From: Carcharhinus amblyrhynchos
Taxonomy: Eukaryota
Length of the DNA: 64,000 bases
Reading direction: 5' to 3'
Assembly (NCBI GenBank): GCA_965287045.1
Contig: OZ336893.1
Location: 3,348,001 to 3,412,000, forward strand
Below the pieces are notes generated by a model, which searched no databases, was not told the DNA's origin, and was given only the letters and a program-made list of their open reading frames with translations. The number at the start of each line of letters is the position of its first letter. The first letter of the stretch is position 1. Below, piece after piece: positions 37,451 through 49,924 of this stretch. Position numbers and translations under genes: made by a program.

Positions 37451-38959
37451 GTACATGGGTGTGCAGTTGAATTGTTCCTTTTATTGAATTCAGCTGTGAC
37501 ATCCGTGGGTGGAATGCAATCACTACCCAAAGGCAAGGGAGCATCATTCCATGCACCTCTTGTTGTCTATTAGCAGCCAGTTTTCGAGAAGCCTTTGTAA
37601 ATTCTTCAGAATCAGACTATCATTCACCTCTGAGAGACCCAAAGAAGGGAATGAGAAGGAAGTATTTTACTATTTTGTCCTCATTATGTTAATGAACAAT
37701 AGAATATGAGTAGTGAAGACATCTAAAATTAGCAATAACATTTAAGGTTGCCATTTAAAATGCTGTACCTTTGAAGCTACATGTAATTAGGGCTTTTATC
37801 TCTGAGCATGAGTTTCTCTGTTTAATTTGGATCGGAGATCTTGTTTAACAAGCTTTGGCATTAATTAATGGCCAACAAGGATATCTGATTGCAATTCAAC
37901 AAAACAAAGTGAGATTCTTTATTTTCTAAAACATACATCATTCTCTGCACTTTAAAGAGGAGAATTCATCGTTAGTGATCTTTTAAAAAGCTACAAATAA
38001 GTCTATTAATTTACTAATCCCCTTTTGATTTCTCTTTATCTCTGATAATCATGAACACTATCATTGACTCTGGAGTGCTTCAGTGAGTGTGTCATTTCAG
38101 GGTTGTGTGTTAATTGAGGCTCATGTTGTTAAACTCAGTAATTCTTCCACTGAAGATATTATTAAATCAGGTCATTTTGCCCTGAGAAGAACTGTACTGT
38201 GTTGCAGTACCACTTTCAATGAGTGCAACTAATTGAGAATATACATACCCAAAACTAGGAAACTGAGAAAATAACAACGTCAAGGATCTCCTGCTGAAGA
38301 TATCTTATTAGGAGAAGTGTTGTGGGACACAGTAATGATGTGAAGTGAACTAGACAAAAATGTCAGAGCAGGCACTGGCAGCTGGTTATTCGGTCAGATG
38401 AAAAGAATGCTTTATAATTGAGAGGTTTTATTGATGTAAGCTAGAAAAGGCAATAATAGGCTTCCTCATTAACATGAGGTTTTAGCATAGAGCATTTTTA
38501 TCGTAAAATGCACTCTTTAAAAAAGGTTTCAAAGGCAAAACAGCCTCTATAAAAAATTAGAAAGCACCTGGAAATGTGAAATGGAAACATCCTTAAAAGA
38601 ACTCTATTGGGGAGAAATTGTATTGGTGAGACATATTTAAAAGAAGCACTGGAATGAAAAGCTTCACCATGAGAAAGAATCCTAATGGTGAGAAACATTT
38701 TAAAAGGAGTCCAAAACTTTGATTTTATAAAGTGTTCATGTGAGAGGAATCTCCCAATTTCTGCATCCCATTTTTGATTCTAAATACTTAGATACTGTAT
38801 TATTTGATAATTCTCTTCCTGATTGCACAGTTACCTACGAATACATCAGGATTGATCCGAAATCCAATCTTATTTCTCATCTACCTGCTTCCCCTTCTGA
38901 TACTCAATCTTTCTCTTTTGGAAGGTAGGCGTACTCTGATATCTGCTTGAAACTTGTTC

Positions 38960-40375
38960 ATCTAAACAAGTTACAGATTGGGATATTGTTCCCAGCCACA
39001 ATTTAATTCTCTCTCTTGACTCTAATCCATACTGAAAAGTGTCAGTGGTACATGATCATCTATTGCATACACTCCATCCCTCACCGTTTTCCCGCTCGTC
39101 ACGTTCTCACTCCTGCCTTCACCCGTTCTTGTCCAAAGATGGCCGCTTTGCCTGCTCTCCCTGTCACTCCCGCCCATTCTCCCCATCGCTCCCACCCACT
39201 CAACCCATGGCTCCGCTCTCTCCGTCACTCCTGTCCTCCCCATCACGCCTGCCCCCTTTTAAAATTCCTCTTCATCTTTGTCTTAAGTGATTGACCTCTT
39301 ATTCTGAGATTATGTCCTTTGGTTCTAAAAACTCCCCAACCAGGGGAAAGATCCCACCTGCATCCCCTGTCAAGCCCTGCAAGAACTCTATAAACTTCAA
39401 TTAACTCACCTCTCATTCTTCTAAGTTCTAGAGGATACAGGCCCAGTCATTCAACCTCTCCTCATAAGACAAACCCAACATCCCAGGGATTAATCTCATG
39501 AAACTTTCTTGAAGGCCAATATAACCTTTGGCCAGTATTTCCTTCTTTACATAAGATCAAAATTTCACTCAATACACCAAGGCTCAAGGCAGCTGCAGCT
39601 AGACTTTCTTATTCCAGTACTCAAATCCCCATGCAATAAAAGCTAACATACCATTTGCCTTCCTAATTGCTTGTTGCACCTGCAATGTTAGCTTTCAGTG
39701 CCTTATGAACGAAAATATCCAGGTCCCTTTGGATATAAACACTTCCAATTTCTCTCCATTTACTCTGCATTTTGATTTTCCTGCTGTAATGTAATAACTC
39801 AGGAAGCCTGACAGGAAAGGAATGGTATTTATTGTTAAACACAAAGAAAAAGCCGTCACTCTGTGGCGTGCATACACAAGACCCTGCTAGGATAAAGGTT
39901 CTGCAGACCCTTACCAGTGTCTGCCATATAAAGGGCTCCATCTGGGCAGATAATTGCCTGTTACCAAGGGAACAAGCACAAGGCAATCCCAGGGAGATAA
40001 TTGGAAATTCCCCATGGAACTCATAGGGACTATCATACCTGCCAAAGTGGATAACTTCATATTTTTCCACATTATAGTCAATCTACCATCTTCCTGTCCA
40101 AATCCATTGAATTCACTTTGCATCCTTCTCACACTCACATTCTCACTAAGTTTTGTGTCATCAACAATCTTGGAAATATTACATCAGTTCCCCACATCCA
40201 AATCATTGCTATAGATTGTGATCAGCAGGGGACAAAGCAATGGTCCTTGTGGTACTCCACTAGTCATAGCCTGCCAATCTGAAATGATCCATTTATCCTT
40301 AAGTTTTGTTTCATGTCCAGTGGAAAATCATCATCAAATATTAGCATATCCTATTTGTCCACACTTTATACTATA
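38960..40375 (-). mobile_element. Old CR1 RT region with insertions
   Basis: EKYEVIHFG and QRDLDIFVH peptides; interrupted at ~39075-39245 and 39785-40037. Confidence 0.7.
39785..40037 (-). mobile_element. Solo LTR (probably Gypsy-type) with 5-bp TSD cctgc
   Basis: Interrupts CR1 sequence; cctgc at 39780-39784 and 40038-40042; ends tgt...(c/t)a; AATAAA and a TATA-like motif on the minus strand. Confidence 0.65.
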
Positions 40376-40379
40376 CCCC

Positions 40380-41312
40380 TCAGGCACATCATCCAAAGGC
40401 AAGGTGTTCACACATGTACACTGATGGCAACCAGTATCACCTTAACTAGTCTAATGTTGCGAAATCGTGAGACAAGTGCAACATGAACAGAAATTTCCTT
40501 CAATTAAATATTGGAAACGGTGATGCCCTTGCTTCCGGTCACTGCTCCACATTCGACTCCCGAGCTACTGGCTCCAGCCCTCTCCCTGCAACAGCCCAAG
40601 ATTAAGGCAGTCTGTTTACGGGGTCACACTTTGATCCTGGGATGAACCATTCACGAGGTCGCCTAATTCCATCTCCAAATCATCATGTAATTTTGCCCTG
40701 TCGCAGCTCACCTGCTTCCTAAACTTTGATTCTTTCAACCCTTCATTACCTCTAGACTTGACTATTCTAGCACCCACCTGGCTGGTCTTCCACATTCAAT
40801 CCTCTCCTGTGAAAAATTGAGGTCATCCAAAATTCTGCCGCCAATGTCTAAACTTGCAGCAAGTTCCGTTCCCTATTAGCCCAGTGCTCGTTGACGTATA
40901 TTGGTTCTTGTTCAAGCAACATCTTGATTTTAAAATTCTCATCCTTGTTCTCAAATCCCTTCATGGCTTCACCCCTCCCTATTATTGAGATCGTCAACCC
41001 CACATGCTTCCAAGGTATCTGTGCTCCTCTAATTCCGGTCTCTTATGCATTCCCAATATTAACTGCTCCCTCACTTGCGACCATGCCTTCAGTTACACTA
41101 GCTCAAAGCTGTGGAATACCCTCATTACATCTTTCCACCTCTATGTGTTACTTTTAAGATACTACTTAAAACTTACCTCTTTTGGTCATTTACCCAATGT
41201 CTCCTTGTGCAGCTAAGTATTGCAGCTAGGTATCATACTTCGTTTTATAGTGCTCCTGTGACATTTCATTATGCTAAAGATTCCACACAAATATAAATTT
41301 TTGTTGTTGCTT
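40380..41312 (+). mobile_element. L2-clade LINE 3' region
   Basis: FITSRLDYS..LAGLP...IQNSAA motif; tail ending ttgttgttg. Confidence 0.75.
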
Positions 41313-42399
41313 ATTCAATAATAAAACGCTTCATTTTCGTCTCACTATTCCTCTTCATTTGTGCTGTTGTGCACACCATTGATATGAAGCATTCTTGGAA
41401 AAATCAGGTTATAGCCTTCCATAGCTGGGACTGTTTGTGAGCATGTACAAAATCACCGATGGAAGTGAACAAAAGATTGGCCTGTTGACCTGGATAGAAC
41501 CAGAGACCACTTTCTGTATTATTTATCCCTTTATACACATCGCTTCATTTACACAAATTGGTGTCATTTATAGATTTTCAGATGATATCAGATAACAAAC
41601 AAGAATAATTGGTGAGAAAGTATTTGTGTGCCACTCAAGTTCATTTAGCCATCTAAAAGGTGAAAGCAACACTAAAGAACAATTAGAAAGTTAAAAGCTG
41701 CAGGTCATTAACTTCTTCGGTCTCAAGTACTACTTTTGAAATAGTTTATATCTCAGCTTCCTGTAGCTCAGGGAATAATCTGTGTGAGTAAACAGGGCAA
41801 AGTAAGCCTAGATGTAATATTACAAGATCAGCATTGCAGCAGAACCTCTGGGGCTGAATTTTACATTGCAAAACCGAGTATGTCATCGACCTGCAGAACT
41901 GTAATATCTGTATGATGTTGTTGGGTGGCTATTCCAATGTCATCATGTCAATGCACATGAAACAGTAGGGAGAGGTTCCAAAATCGCCAGCCCATCTAAC
42001 ATTTTGAAATTATTCATTAAAGGTCACGTAAACACATTAATAATCCAACTGACTATAATAAATTCCAAAGCAATAAGGTACGTGTATGTTTTATGTACAG
42101 TGGGAAGCACAATATTTTCTGGGTTCTCATGAAACTTTAAATCAGGTTTATGAAACATTCATTTAAGGATCATAATCAGGGCTATCCCTCCGGGGAGGGT
42201 CAAAATAATTGGTGCTCTGGTCATCTTTGAGCATGGCAGCATGTAGGACAAGAAGGGGAAGGAAGAGGCTACTGTCCAGGGACAGGAGTGACATGAGGTG
42301 CAGGAAGGTGGGCAAACTGCTGAGGAGTGAGAGGCTGCAGAGGGTAGACAGCAAAGGCAATCAGATGAGGGCGAACCCTGTCAACCCGATTTATAGGGG

Positions 42400-43330
42400 G
42401 CGAATGTCATATCTTCAGGTAACAAGGTGATCAGATATTGACTTTCACAAAAGACTGTTACATCAATTTGTGACATGTTTGCGACAGCATAGTCTCCAAC
42501 TCTGTGGGTGACTACTTGATGCTTGTGGTATTCAAAGTGACAGCTGCTTTAACTTCTTTGCCTCAGGATCATTTCAGGGTACCCGTGGAGATTTGAGTGG
42601 GATCCTCAGCCTGCAGCACATCACAGCATAAAGATCTTCATAGATGTCATGAACATAACATAAAAAAAGGAGTAGATCACACAGCCCATCGAGTCTGCTG
42701 CATCATGTTTTGGTGTGCACATTGATATATCTCCATTACTACACACAACAGCAGTCAACTGAAAAGAGCCAGAGGATTTGCTAGTTTCCCATATGTGCAA
42801 AGGGTCATTAATTGTATCAATGCAGCCATCAAAGCATCAGCAGGATAGCCAAGGACTTCTATCAACTGCAAGCATACTATTCCACAAATATGCAGATTGT
42901 GTGCAACCACAGTCAAAGAATCATGCAGGTTTCTGTAAGGTACCTGGGGAGCAACCACAAAACGTACAATCTCAGACATTTCCGTGTGCCAGGCATGCTT
43001 TGGATCGATTGCAGCTCAGAGGCAATGGAATTCCCCTGATTAAGTGGCTGATAACACCAGTTCAAAGTGCAAGGACGGAATCTGAGCACCATGGATATGA
43101 AAGCAATGCAACAACCATGTCCATTTGTCTGCTCTTGTGATTGAGATGCAGTACAGATCAGGTGCAGTGTCCTGATATGCAGCAGAGTCTCAGTTATGGT
43201 AGCAGTCTGGTCAATGCTGCACAACCTAGTCCATCAAGAGGGGAAACCCTCCAGAAGTGGAATTAAGGGAGACTGCCCAGACCTCTGATGAGGAGTCAGA
43301 TAAAGTACTGCATCAGGTAGATGTCCAAGC
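42400..43330 (+). pseudogene. Harbinger (HARBI1-like DDE) transposase remnant
   Basis: NFFASGSFQG..GDLSGI; YYSTNMQIVCNH..RIMQVSVRYLGSNH; IPLIKWLITPV; MLHNL; multiple frameshifts. Confidence 0.8.
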
Positions 43331-43736
43331 CAGTCTCAGTTAGAGTCTGATGGCTATGGCACAAGGAAAGCTCTGATCATCAGGAGATTCCAAAGGATGA
43401 GTGTCTCTGACTTAATGCACTACCTGTCCAGCAATATCTTATCTGTGTAGCTCCATGACATGAACAACAGTGCTGCATGTGGGCAATGTTACTCAACCAA
43501 ACAATGCCAATTGCAAGAATGCAATTAATCACAGAATCAAACCAGAGCAACATTTGAATCCTTTTCCATACATGCACACACAATTAAGGAATGAATGCAG
43601 CCAGATAATATTTTGAAAATGCAATCATTGATGTACCATGAAAATGTGCAAATTGCAAAAATAAGGAAGAAATTCATGTGTAAACAAATGTGACTAATGT
43701 GGGGTTTTCTTGCATATTCCCCAGGTGCTATAGTGT

Positions 43737-44518
43737 GATTTGATTTATTGTCATGTGTATTAACATACAATGAAAAGTACAGTTTCTTGCGTGCTATACA
43801 GACAAAGCATATGGTTCATAGAGAAGGAAATGAGAGAGTGCAGAATGAAGTGTTACAGTCATAGCTAGGGTGTAGAGAAAGATCAACTTAATGCACGGTA
43901 AGTCCATTCAAAAGTCTGACAGCAGCAGGGAAGAAGCTGTTCTTGAGTCGGTTGGCAGGTGACCTCAGGCTTTCCTATCTTTTTCCCGACGGAAGAAGGT
44001 AGAAGAGAGAATGTTCGGGGTGCATGGGGCCCTTAATTATTCTGGCTACTTTGCCGAGGCAGCCGGAAGTGTAGACAGAGTTAAAGGATGGGAGGCTGGT
44101 TTGTGTGATGGATTGGGCCACATTCACGACCATTTGTAGTTTCTTGCAGTCTTGGGCAGAGCAGGTGCCATACCAAGCTTTGATACAACCAGAAAGAATG
44201 CTTTCTATGGTGCATCTGTAAAAGTTGGTGACAGTGATAGTTGACACGCCAAATTTCCTTAGTCTTCTGAGGAAGTAGAGACATTGGTGGGCTTTCTTAA
44301 CTATAGTGTTGGCATGGGGGAATCAGGACAGGGTTTTGGTGATCTGGACATCTAAAGACTTGAAGCTCTCGACCCTTTCTACTTCATCCCCATTGATGTA
44401 GACAAGGGCATTTTCTCCTTTACACTTCCTGAAGTTGATGACAATCTCCTTCATTTTGTTGACATTGAGGGAGAGATTACTGTTGCCACACCAGTTCACC
44501 AGGTTCTCTATCTCAGTC
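43737..44518 (-). mobile_element. Rex1/Babar LINE 3' fragment nested in the Harbinger
   Basis: TNFYRCTIESILSGCIKAWYG...HSLFYLLPSGKR is the Rex1 C-terminal signature; tail aataaatcaaatc. Confidence 0.88.
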
Positions 44519-45584
44519 TCGTGGTATTCTCCCTTGCTGCTAGCTGCATTGGAGACAGGCTACTGACCCTTATGCCTCCTTGTCTGCAATGACTTTGGTG
44601 GCCATCCTCTGGTCACTTGAAGCTGAGGGCTCTAGCGTGCTGGGAGTCCTATGTACAATTGCTGGACACCATGAAGGAATGTGTGCCAATGGCAGAGGGC
44701 AGTAGTGAGGTTGTTATCATCAGAAGAGTACTGAGACTTGTCCCCTATGACATCAGTTGCTGTTCATCCACTATCATGAGGTTCAATTGGCTTTCCCTGC
44801 TTTCCTGAGAGTGACCAGGAACAGCATGTGACTCCACATTCCTCATCTCTCTCTTTCATCATGATGCTGGGCCCTAAAGCTGAGAGACAAGGCAATGGAG
44901 TGCATTTCAGGACACAATATCACTATCACATCAGCAATTTGCTGAGTTTGGCCCTCCATGACAGTTGCCAATTTGTCAAAAGAGGAAGCCATACATTCTG
45001 GAGAGTGGGTGATTGCAGCACTCATGATTGCATGGTCTGGATGTAATCCTCCAAAGTCCATGTCAGAGTGCACAACCTTTTTCTGCCACATCTTCACAAA
45101 CCTCACATCGTATGTCCAGCACCCAGAAACTCACCATCAGTATCTAGGTTGGCTCCAGCAGCTCCCCCCAGTGCCAGATGCCTGTCCCATCTCAGTCTCT
45201 AGCAGCTGTATTTGCGACTGTGATGTGCTTTCACCAGTGTGCCTTTCCCTTACATTCGAGGCCCATATACCCACCGAGGTGCATGTATTTGTGCTGGTGC
45301 TGGGGTGCAGATGTGACACTGCACTCCCTGAGGCATCCCCTTCTTCCTCAGTGGTCAACATCAGTTTCTTGGAGCAGATGCATGTAGTTGCCAATGTTGC
45401 ATCTGTGTAGGAAACAAAAGAAGGAGTGTTAGGGACTCCTTCAAGGTGAGTGCTCTGAGACAAGTTTCCTCATTGCAAGCACTGAAACCTCTGGGAGATG
45501 TGACTCAGTGTTTGAATCTTACTTTATTCAACATAGTGTACACATCCCTCCCTGATGCAAATAAGCCTTGAAGTCACAAATCAT

Positions 45585-45720
45585 CAATGCTTCATTCTGA
45601 AGAAGAATCATACAGACCTGAAACATTAACACTATTATCTCTGGACAGATATTACCAGACCTCCTTAGCTTCTGCACCATTTTCTCCAACACCTGCCGTA
45701 TTTTGCTTTTATTTTAATGT
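45585..45720 (+). mobile_element. Short Penelope-like terminal fragment with hammerhead-like core
   Basis: CTGAAGA (45597-45603)...GAAAC (45620-45624), followed by the cagat..ccagacct motif. Confidence 0.6.
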
Positions 45721-47278
45721 GTCATTCTTGACAGCTTCCCCACCCTCAAGCACCTTCCCTTCCCGAGCCCTCCTAATAAATGTTTAGTGGAATTATAAAA
45801 GTGCTGCCTTGAAATCTCATCATTCCAGGGCCACCCTCCTATTTTGCTTTGACTAATGGCCCAGCTCCACTCATTGGCAGCCATCTGCAGCACTCCACTT
45901 TAATGAGAATCAATATGGCTAGTCTTGGCACACCACCTCTGGCCCTCTTTATCTCTTTGTCCTGTAGTCAAAAAGGGAAATTGTAATAACAAAGATGCTG
46001 TGTGACAATCCTGTCTCACATGTAAGGTCACTATGTACTCTGTCAGCAGAAAACTTTTCTTAATGCTCTTTGCCAATTAACAGATGTTGCATTCTGTCTC
46101 CCACACCCTCTTCAGAAATCCTGTTGCCATGATGAATGTCATGGGGACATGCTGCCTTAAACACTTGGGAAAACACAGAACAATCTCAAAACGGACCCAG
46201 AACATAACGTTCTGTATATGCACATTTCAAGAATGGTGACAAATTCACACTTGCAGATCTCAGAAGATCACTGAGCCTTTTGTAGAATGGAAGTCAGGTT
46301 CAATGAACGACCTCAAGGCTGCACATCTCTTCCGTGTCCAGGCTACTCTGGTTGAGAGATTTCTGCCCATCAGTTGGCATGAGGGCCCCCTACCTATCAT
46401 TGATAGTCTGGAGGAGGGAATCAATGCCAAACTTTGGGCCATCCTTGATTGTTTTCACTTCCCAGCTCCTGGCTCTGTTCTCTCAGTCATCTTTGGAGAG
46501 ACACAGAGAATTAACAATCTGTTGTTCGTTATCTCCCTAAACATTCATTGTTCATCAGAGTAATTACTCAGCTGTATTCCAGTGCTGAACGCTGAATACT
46601 TCCCAACTGAAAAAACGATCATATATATTTAAAAATTAACACTTACCTATGGAAATGATTGAAATTAATTCAAAATCTCCACCACAGAATTCTAATGTGC
46701 TGAACAATTTTTCCTGATGCAGATGCCACATTTCCATGTTGGGGGCCTTTTAAATGAGTGGCTGTGATTACCTTTTGGATACAGCTTGCACCCTTTGTTC
46801 CAGGACGTACCATCTTCAGTGGCTAATTAGGTGTGCTTCCCATCATTGTCCGATGCTGCTGGCCTGTTTTCCACCATGCAGCTGTTAATTGGTTGCTACA
46901 AGTATTATACAGGATTCTATAAAGGAGTCAGCATTTTTTTGACTTCTGGAATGGACTCCCACCCATTACCTAAATGTAAAATTCAGCCCTCAGTGTTAAA
47001 CTGAAAATATCTTGTACATTACTCATTGCATTACAAACCTTGTTATTCTTATCATTATATTAAAACTATCAGATTTTGTCATTGTAACTGGTGAATGTGA
47101 ACTGGCTGAGCAGAGTCAACAGCTCAGAAGAACTATAGCATTACGTTATGTACATACCTAACTTGGATGAGAAAAGACCACAACTGTATGTTAGAATAAA
47201 TAATTCAGCATCAAGTCTTGGATGGTACAGTCATAATACAGCAATATTTGGAGGGAGTGCTTTTCTACATATACTCAC

Positions 47279-47348
47279 TAATTTGCCGTTCCATATCCTT
47301 TGGCTTTTGTAAATCCTACAGAAATGGCTACAATCAGGGCAGGTAAAC
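47279..47348 (-). CDS. ADGRB2: Adhesion GPCR B (BAI family) coding exon, TM4-ECL2: (G)LPALIVAISVGFTKAKGYGTAN(Y)
   Basis: 70-nt exon, acceptor ttcctcag|GTTTA, donor AATTA|gtgagt. Peptide matches the BAI-family TM4/ECL2 motif. The phase-2 end (TA) joins the next exon's C to give Tyr. Confidence 0.9.
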
Positions 47349-47574
47349 CTGAGGAATAATAACACAAACATTTATGAAAGCTAGTTCTTGTACCATACAA
47401 TTCCACAGCCCCACACCTAGAAAGAAAAAGATGCAAATCATTCTGACAAAATGGATTTTAATTCTCTCTAGTAAAAAAAATGGAATCTCTATGATTGATC
47501 TGCAACGTCCTCGAACAGAAATTTTATATACTCTCGTACTATTATATAAACTAACATAAAGAAACTAGATTTTC

Positions 47575-47643
47575 TTAGCTGTGTTTCTCTCTCCACAGAT
47601 GCTGCCAGACCTGCTGAATTTTTCCAGCATTTTCTGTTTTATA
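47575..47643 (+). mobile_element. Penelope-like terminal fragment
   Basis: ctctccacagatgctgccagacctgctgaatttttccagcattttctg, homologous to 23285-23340. Confidence 0.65.
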
Positions 47644-48597
47644 TGAAATATGAAAGACCCCACTTTGCAGATGTCTTCCATCATCTGATTCTATAGTAAT
47701 TCCTATCCAATCTCACTGGCCCAATGTAACATACCCAACCCTTGAGTGTGCAATTGAATTGATGTGCCCAAATCATATTATGTGGTGAAGACACACTAAG
47801 GTGGAATTATATGTAATAGCTAAGGCTGACAACATCAGGTATTTTAATGAATGGTGCAATTAGTGGTAGAATTGATTACATTGCTCAAAGTACCCCAGCA
47901 TGCTTTATTTTAACATTTTAGCTCAATAATTGCTGTGCAAATGTGTGAGCAAAGCCAGTTTGGAAACTAGATGAAGGATGATAATCATCCAGAACAAGAG
48001 ATGGCCCTTATCAATATAAAGGGCTTTCTGAGAAACCACAGTAAGAGATGGTATCAAGCAGTCGAAGTTAAACAAAGTTGTAGATCAGGGATGAAGGTTG
48101 AAAGATTAAAAATGGATTAACATCTGAATACATGACCTTAGCATCCTTGCTCCTAAGCTGTTGTACATATTCACTACTCAAGCTAGCTGAACAATTTAAG
48201 AGTGGAACATTTTTCTTTCAAAAAGTTGATGACAAGAAGTTAGAAAGTTCTCAGGGCAGTCAAGAAACATGCAGCTGGGCAGATGACCTGGGGTCTGGTG
48301 CTGGGAACTAGGCTGTGTGGATGTCGTGAAGGGGTGTGTAGCATTCAGAGGTTAAACAAACATCACACAGGCAATCGAGAAAGCCAAAAATGATTCTCCG
48401 GACCTAGGAACCAGTGTGCCTTATTTGTATGATATTCTTGATCTAATTATGCCAGCACAGAATATTCATGAGGTGTTGAAATAAAGAAAACTCTGATATT
48501 AGCAAGAACCATCTTCGAGTCGCTGCAATTTGCAATGAGGTCTACAAGAGAGAGCAAGATCATGTAATGTTGCATCACTTCACTGTGTGGTATATTG

Positions 48598-48721
48598 GGT
48601 GGAGCTTTATGACTCGATTGGGCAAGATCATAAAATTCCACCTGAGGCCAACGGAGATTTCCGTTCTGCGAGCCTTGCCCGCCGCCGATTCCAGGAGGGC
48701 GAGGCGGTACAATTCCAGCCA
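48598..48721. mobile_element. ~125-bp MITE-like element
   Basis: Related to 33343-33470. Confidence 0.55.
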
Positions 48722-48729
48722 TTGTGTTT

Positions 48730-49263
48730 CATAGAACATAGAACATTACAGCGCAGAACAGGCCCTTCGGCCCACGATGTTGCGCCGACCAGTTAAAAAA
48801 AAAACAATGACCCACTAATCTAAACCAATCCCTTTTCGTCCATAAACCTATCCACGGATCTCTTAAATGCCCCCAAACTAGGCGCATTTACAACCGCAGC
48901 AGGCAGGGCATTCCAATCCCTCACCACCCTCTGGGTAAAGAACCTACCCCTGACATCCGTCCTATAACTACCCCCCCTTAATTTAAAGCCATGCCCCCTC
49001 GTGCTAGCTTTCTCCATCTGAGGAAAAAGGCTATCACTATCCACCCTATCTAAACCTCTAATCATCTTATATGTTTCAATAAGATCCCCTCTTAGCCGCC
49101 TTCTTTCTAGCGAAAACAACCCCAAATCCCTCAGTCTCTCCTCATAGGACCTCCCCTCCATACCAGGCAACATCCTGGTAAACCTCCTCTGCACCCTCTC
49201 CAAAGCCTCCACATCCTTCCTGTAATGTGGGGACCAGAACTGCACACAGTACTCCAAGTGCGG
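48730..49263 (-). mobile_element. Young HER1-like CR1 3' fragment
   Basis: ORF 48820-49329; near-identical to 9855-10385. Confidence 0.94.
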
Positions 49264-49444
49264 TTTCATCAGCATATCAATTAAAATTAACCCTTGTATA
49301 TCTTCCCCCAAATCCATGATTCTCCCCATTATATTATACTTCTCCCCAAGTATCTGACTTCAATTTATTTTGTTATAGGGACAACCATTGTAGTGGTTTC
49401 ACTGTTCTACATGAATGGATCTCTGCTCCTTTGGGGATTAAAGC

Positions 49445-49742
49445 TAAAGTTTAAATTTATTTATTAGTTTGACAAGTAGGCTAACATTAACACTGCAATT
49501 AAGTTACTGTGAAAATCTCCTAGTTGCTACATTCCGGTGCCTCTTCGGATATGCTAAGGGAGAACTTAGCATGGCCAGTGCACTTAACCAGCACATCTTT
49601 CAGACTGTGGGAGGAAACTGGAACGCCTGGAGGAAACCCATGCAGACACAGAGAGAATGTGCAAATGCCACACAGACTGACACCCAAGTTGGGAATCGAA
49701 CCCAAGGCCCTGGCGCTATGAGGCAGCAGTGTAAACCACTAT
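49445..49742 (-). mobile_element. V-SINE with Rex1-like tail
   Basis: Homologous to 33622-33918. Confidence 0.8.
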
Positions 49743-49924
49743 CCTGTAGGATTGGGGTCCCACAGGTGATTCTCCAGATTCTGTTGAGCAGAAAGAGAAC
49801 TAATAAATAAATCAGGTTTGATTTGCATCAGTAGCTGAATGCAACAACTCTGGTCTGTCTAATGTGATAGAGAACTGTTTTGACTAGTGCACATCTGTTC
49901 CAACTCAGCATACATGGAAACACG

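Larger units (their letters stand above)
41851..46989 (+). mobile_element. Harbinger/PIF DNA transposon, decayed, with perfect 17-bp TIRs
   Basis: gggctgaattttacatt (41851-41867) and aatgtaaaattcagccc (46973-46989); transposase remnant on +; convergent second-ORF remnant on -. Confidence 0.85.

Noticed and set aside
42400-43330. Domesticated HARBI1-like gene
   Set aside because: Frameshifted and stop-ridden, and enclosed by TIRs; a dead transposon.
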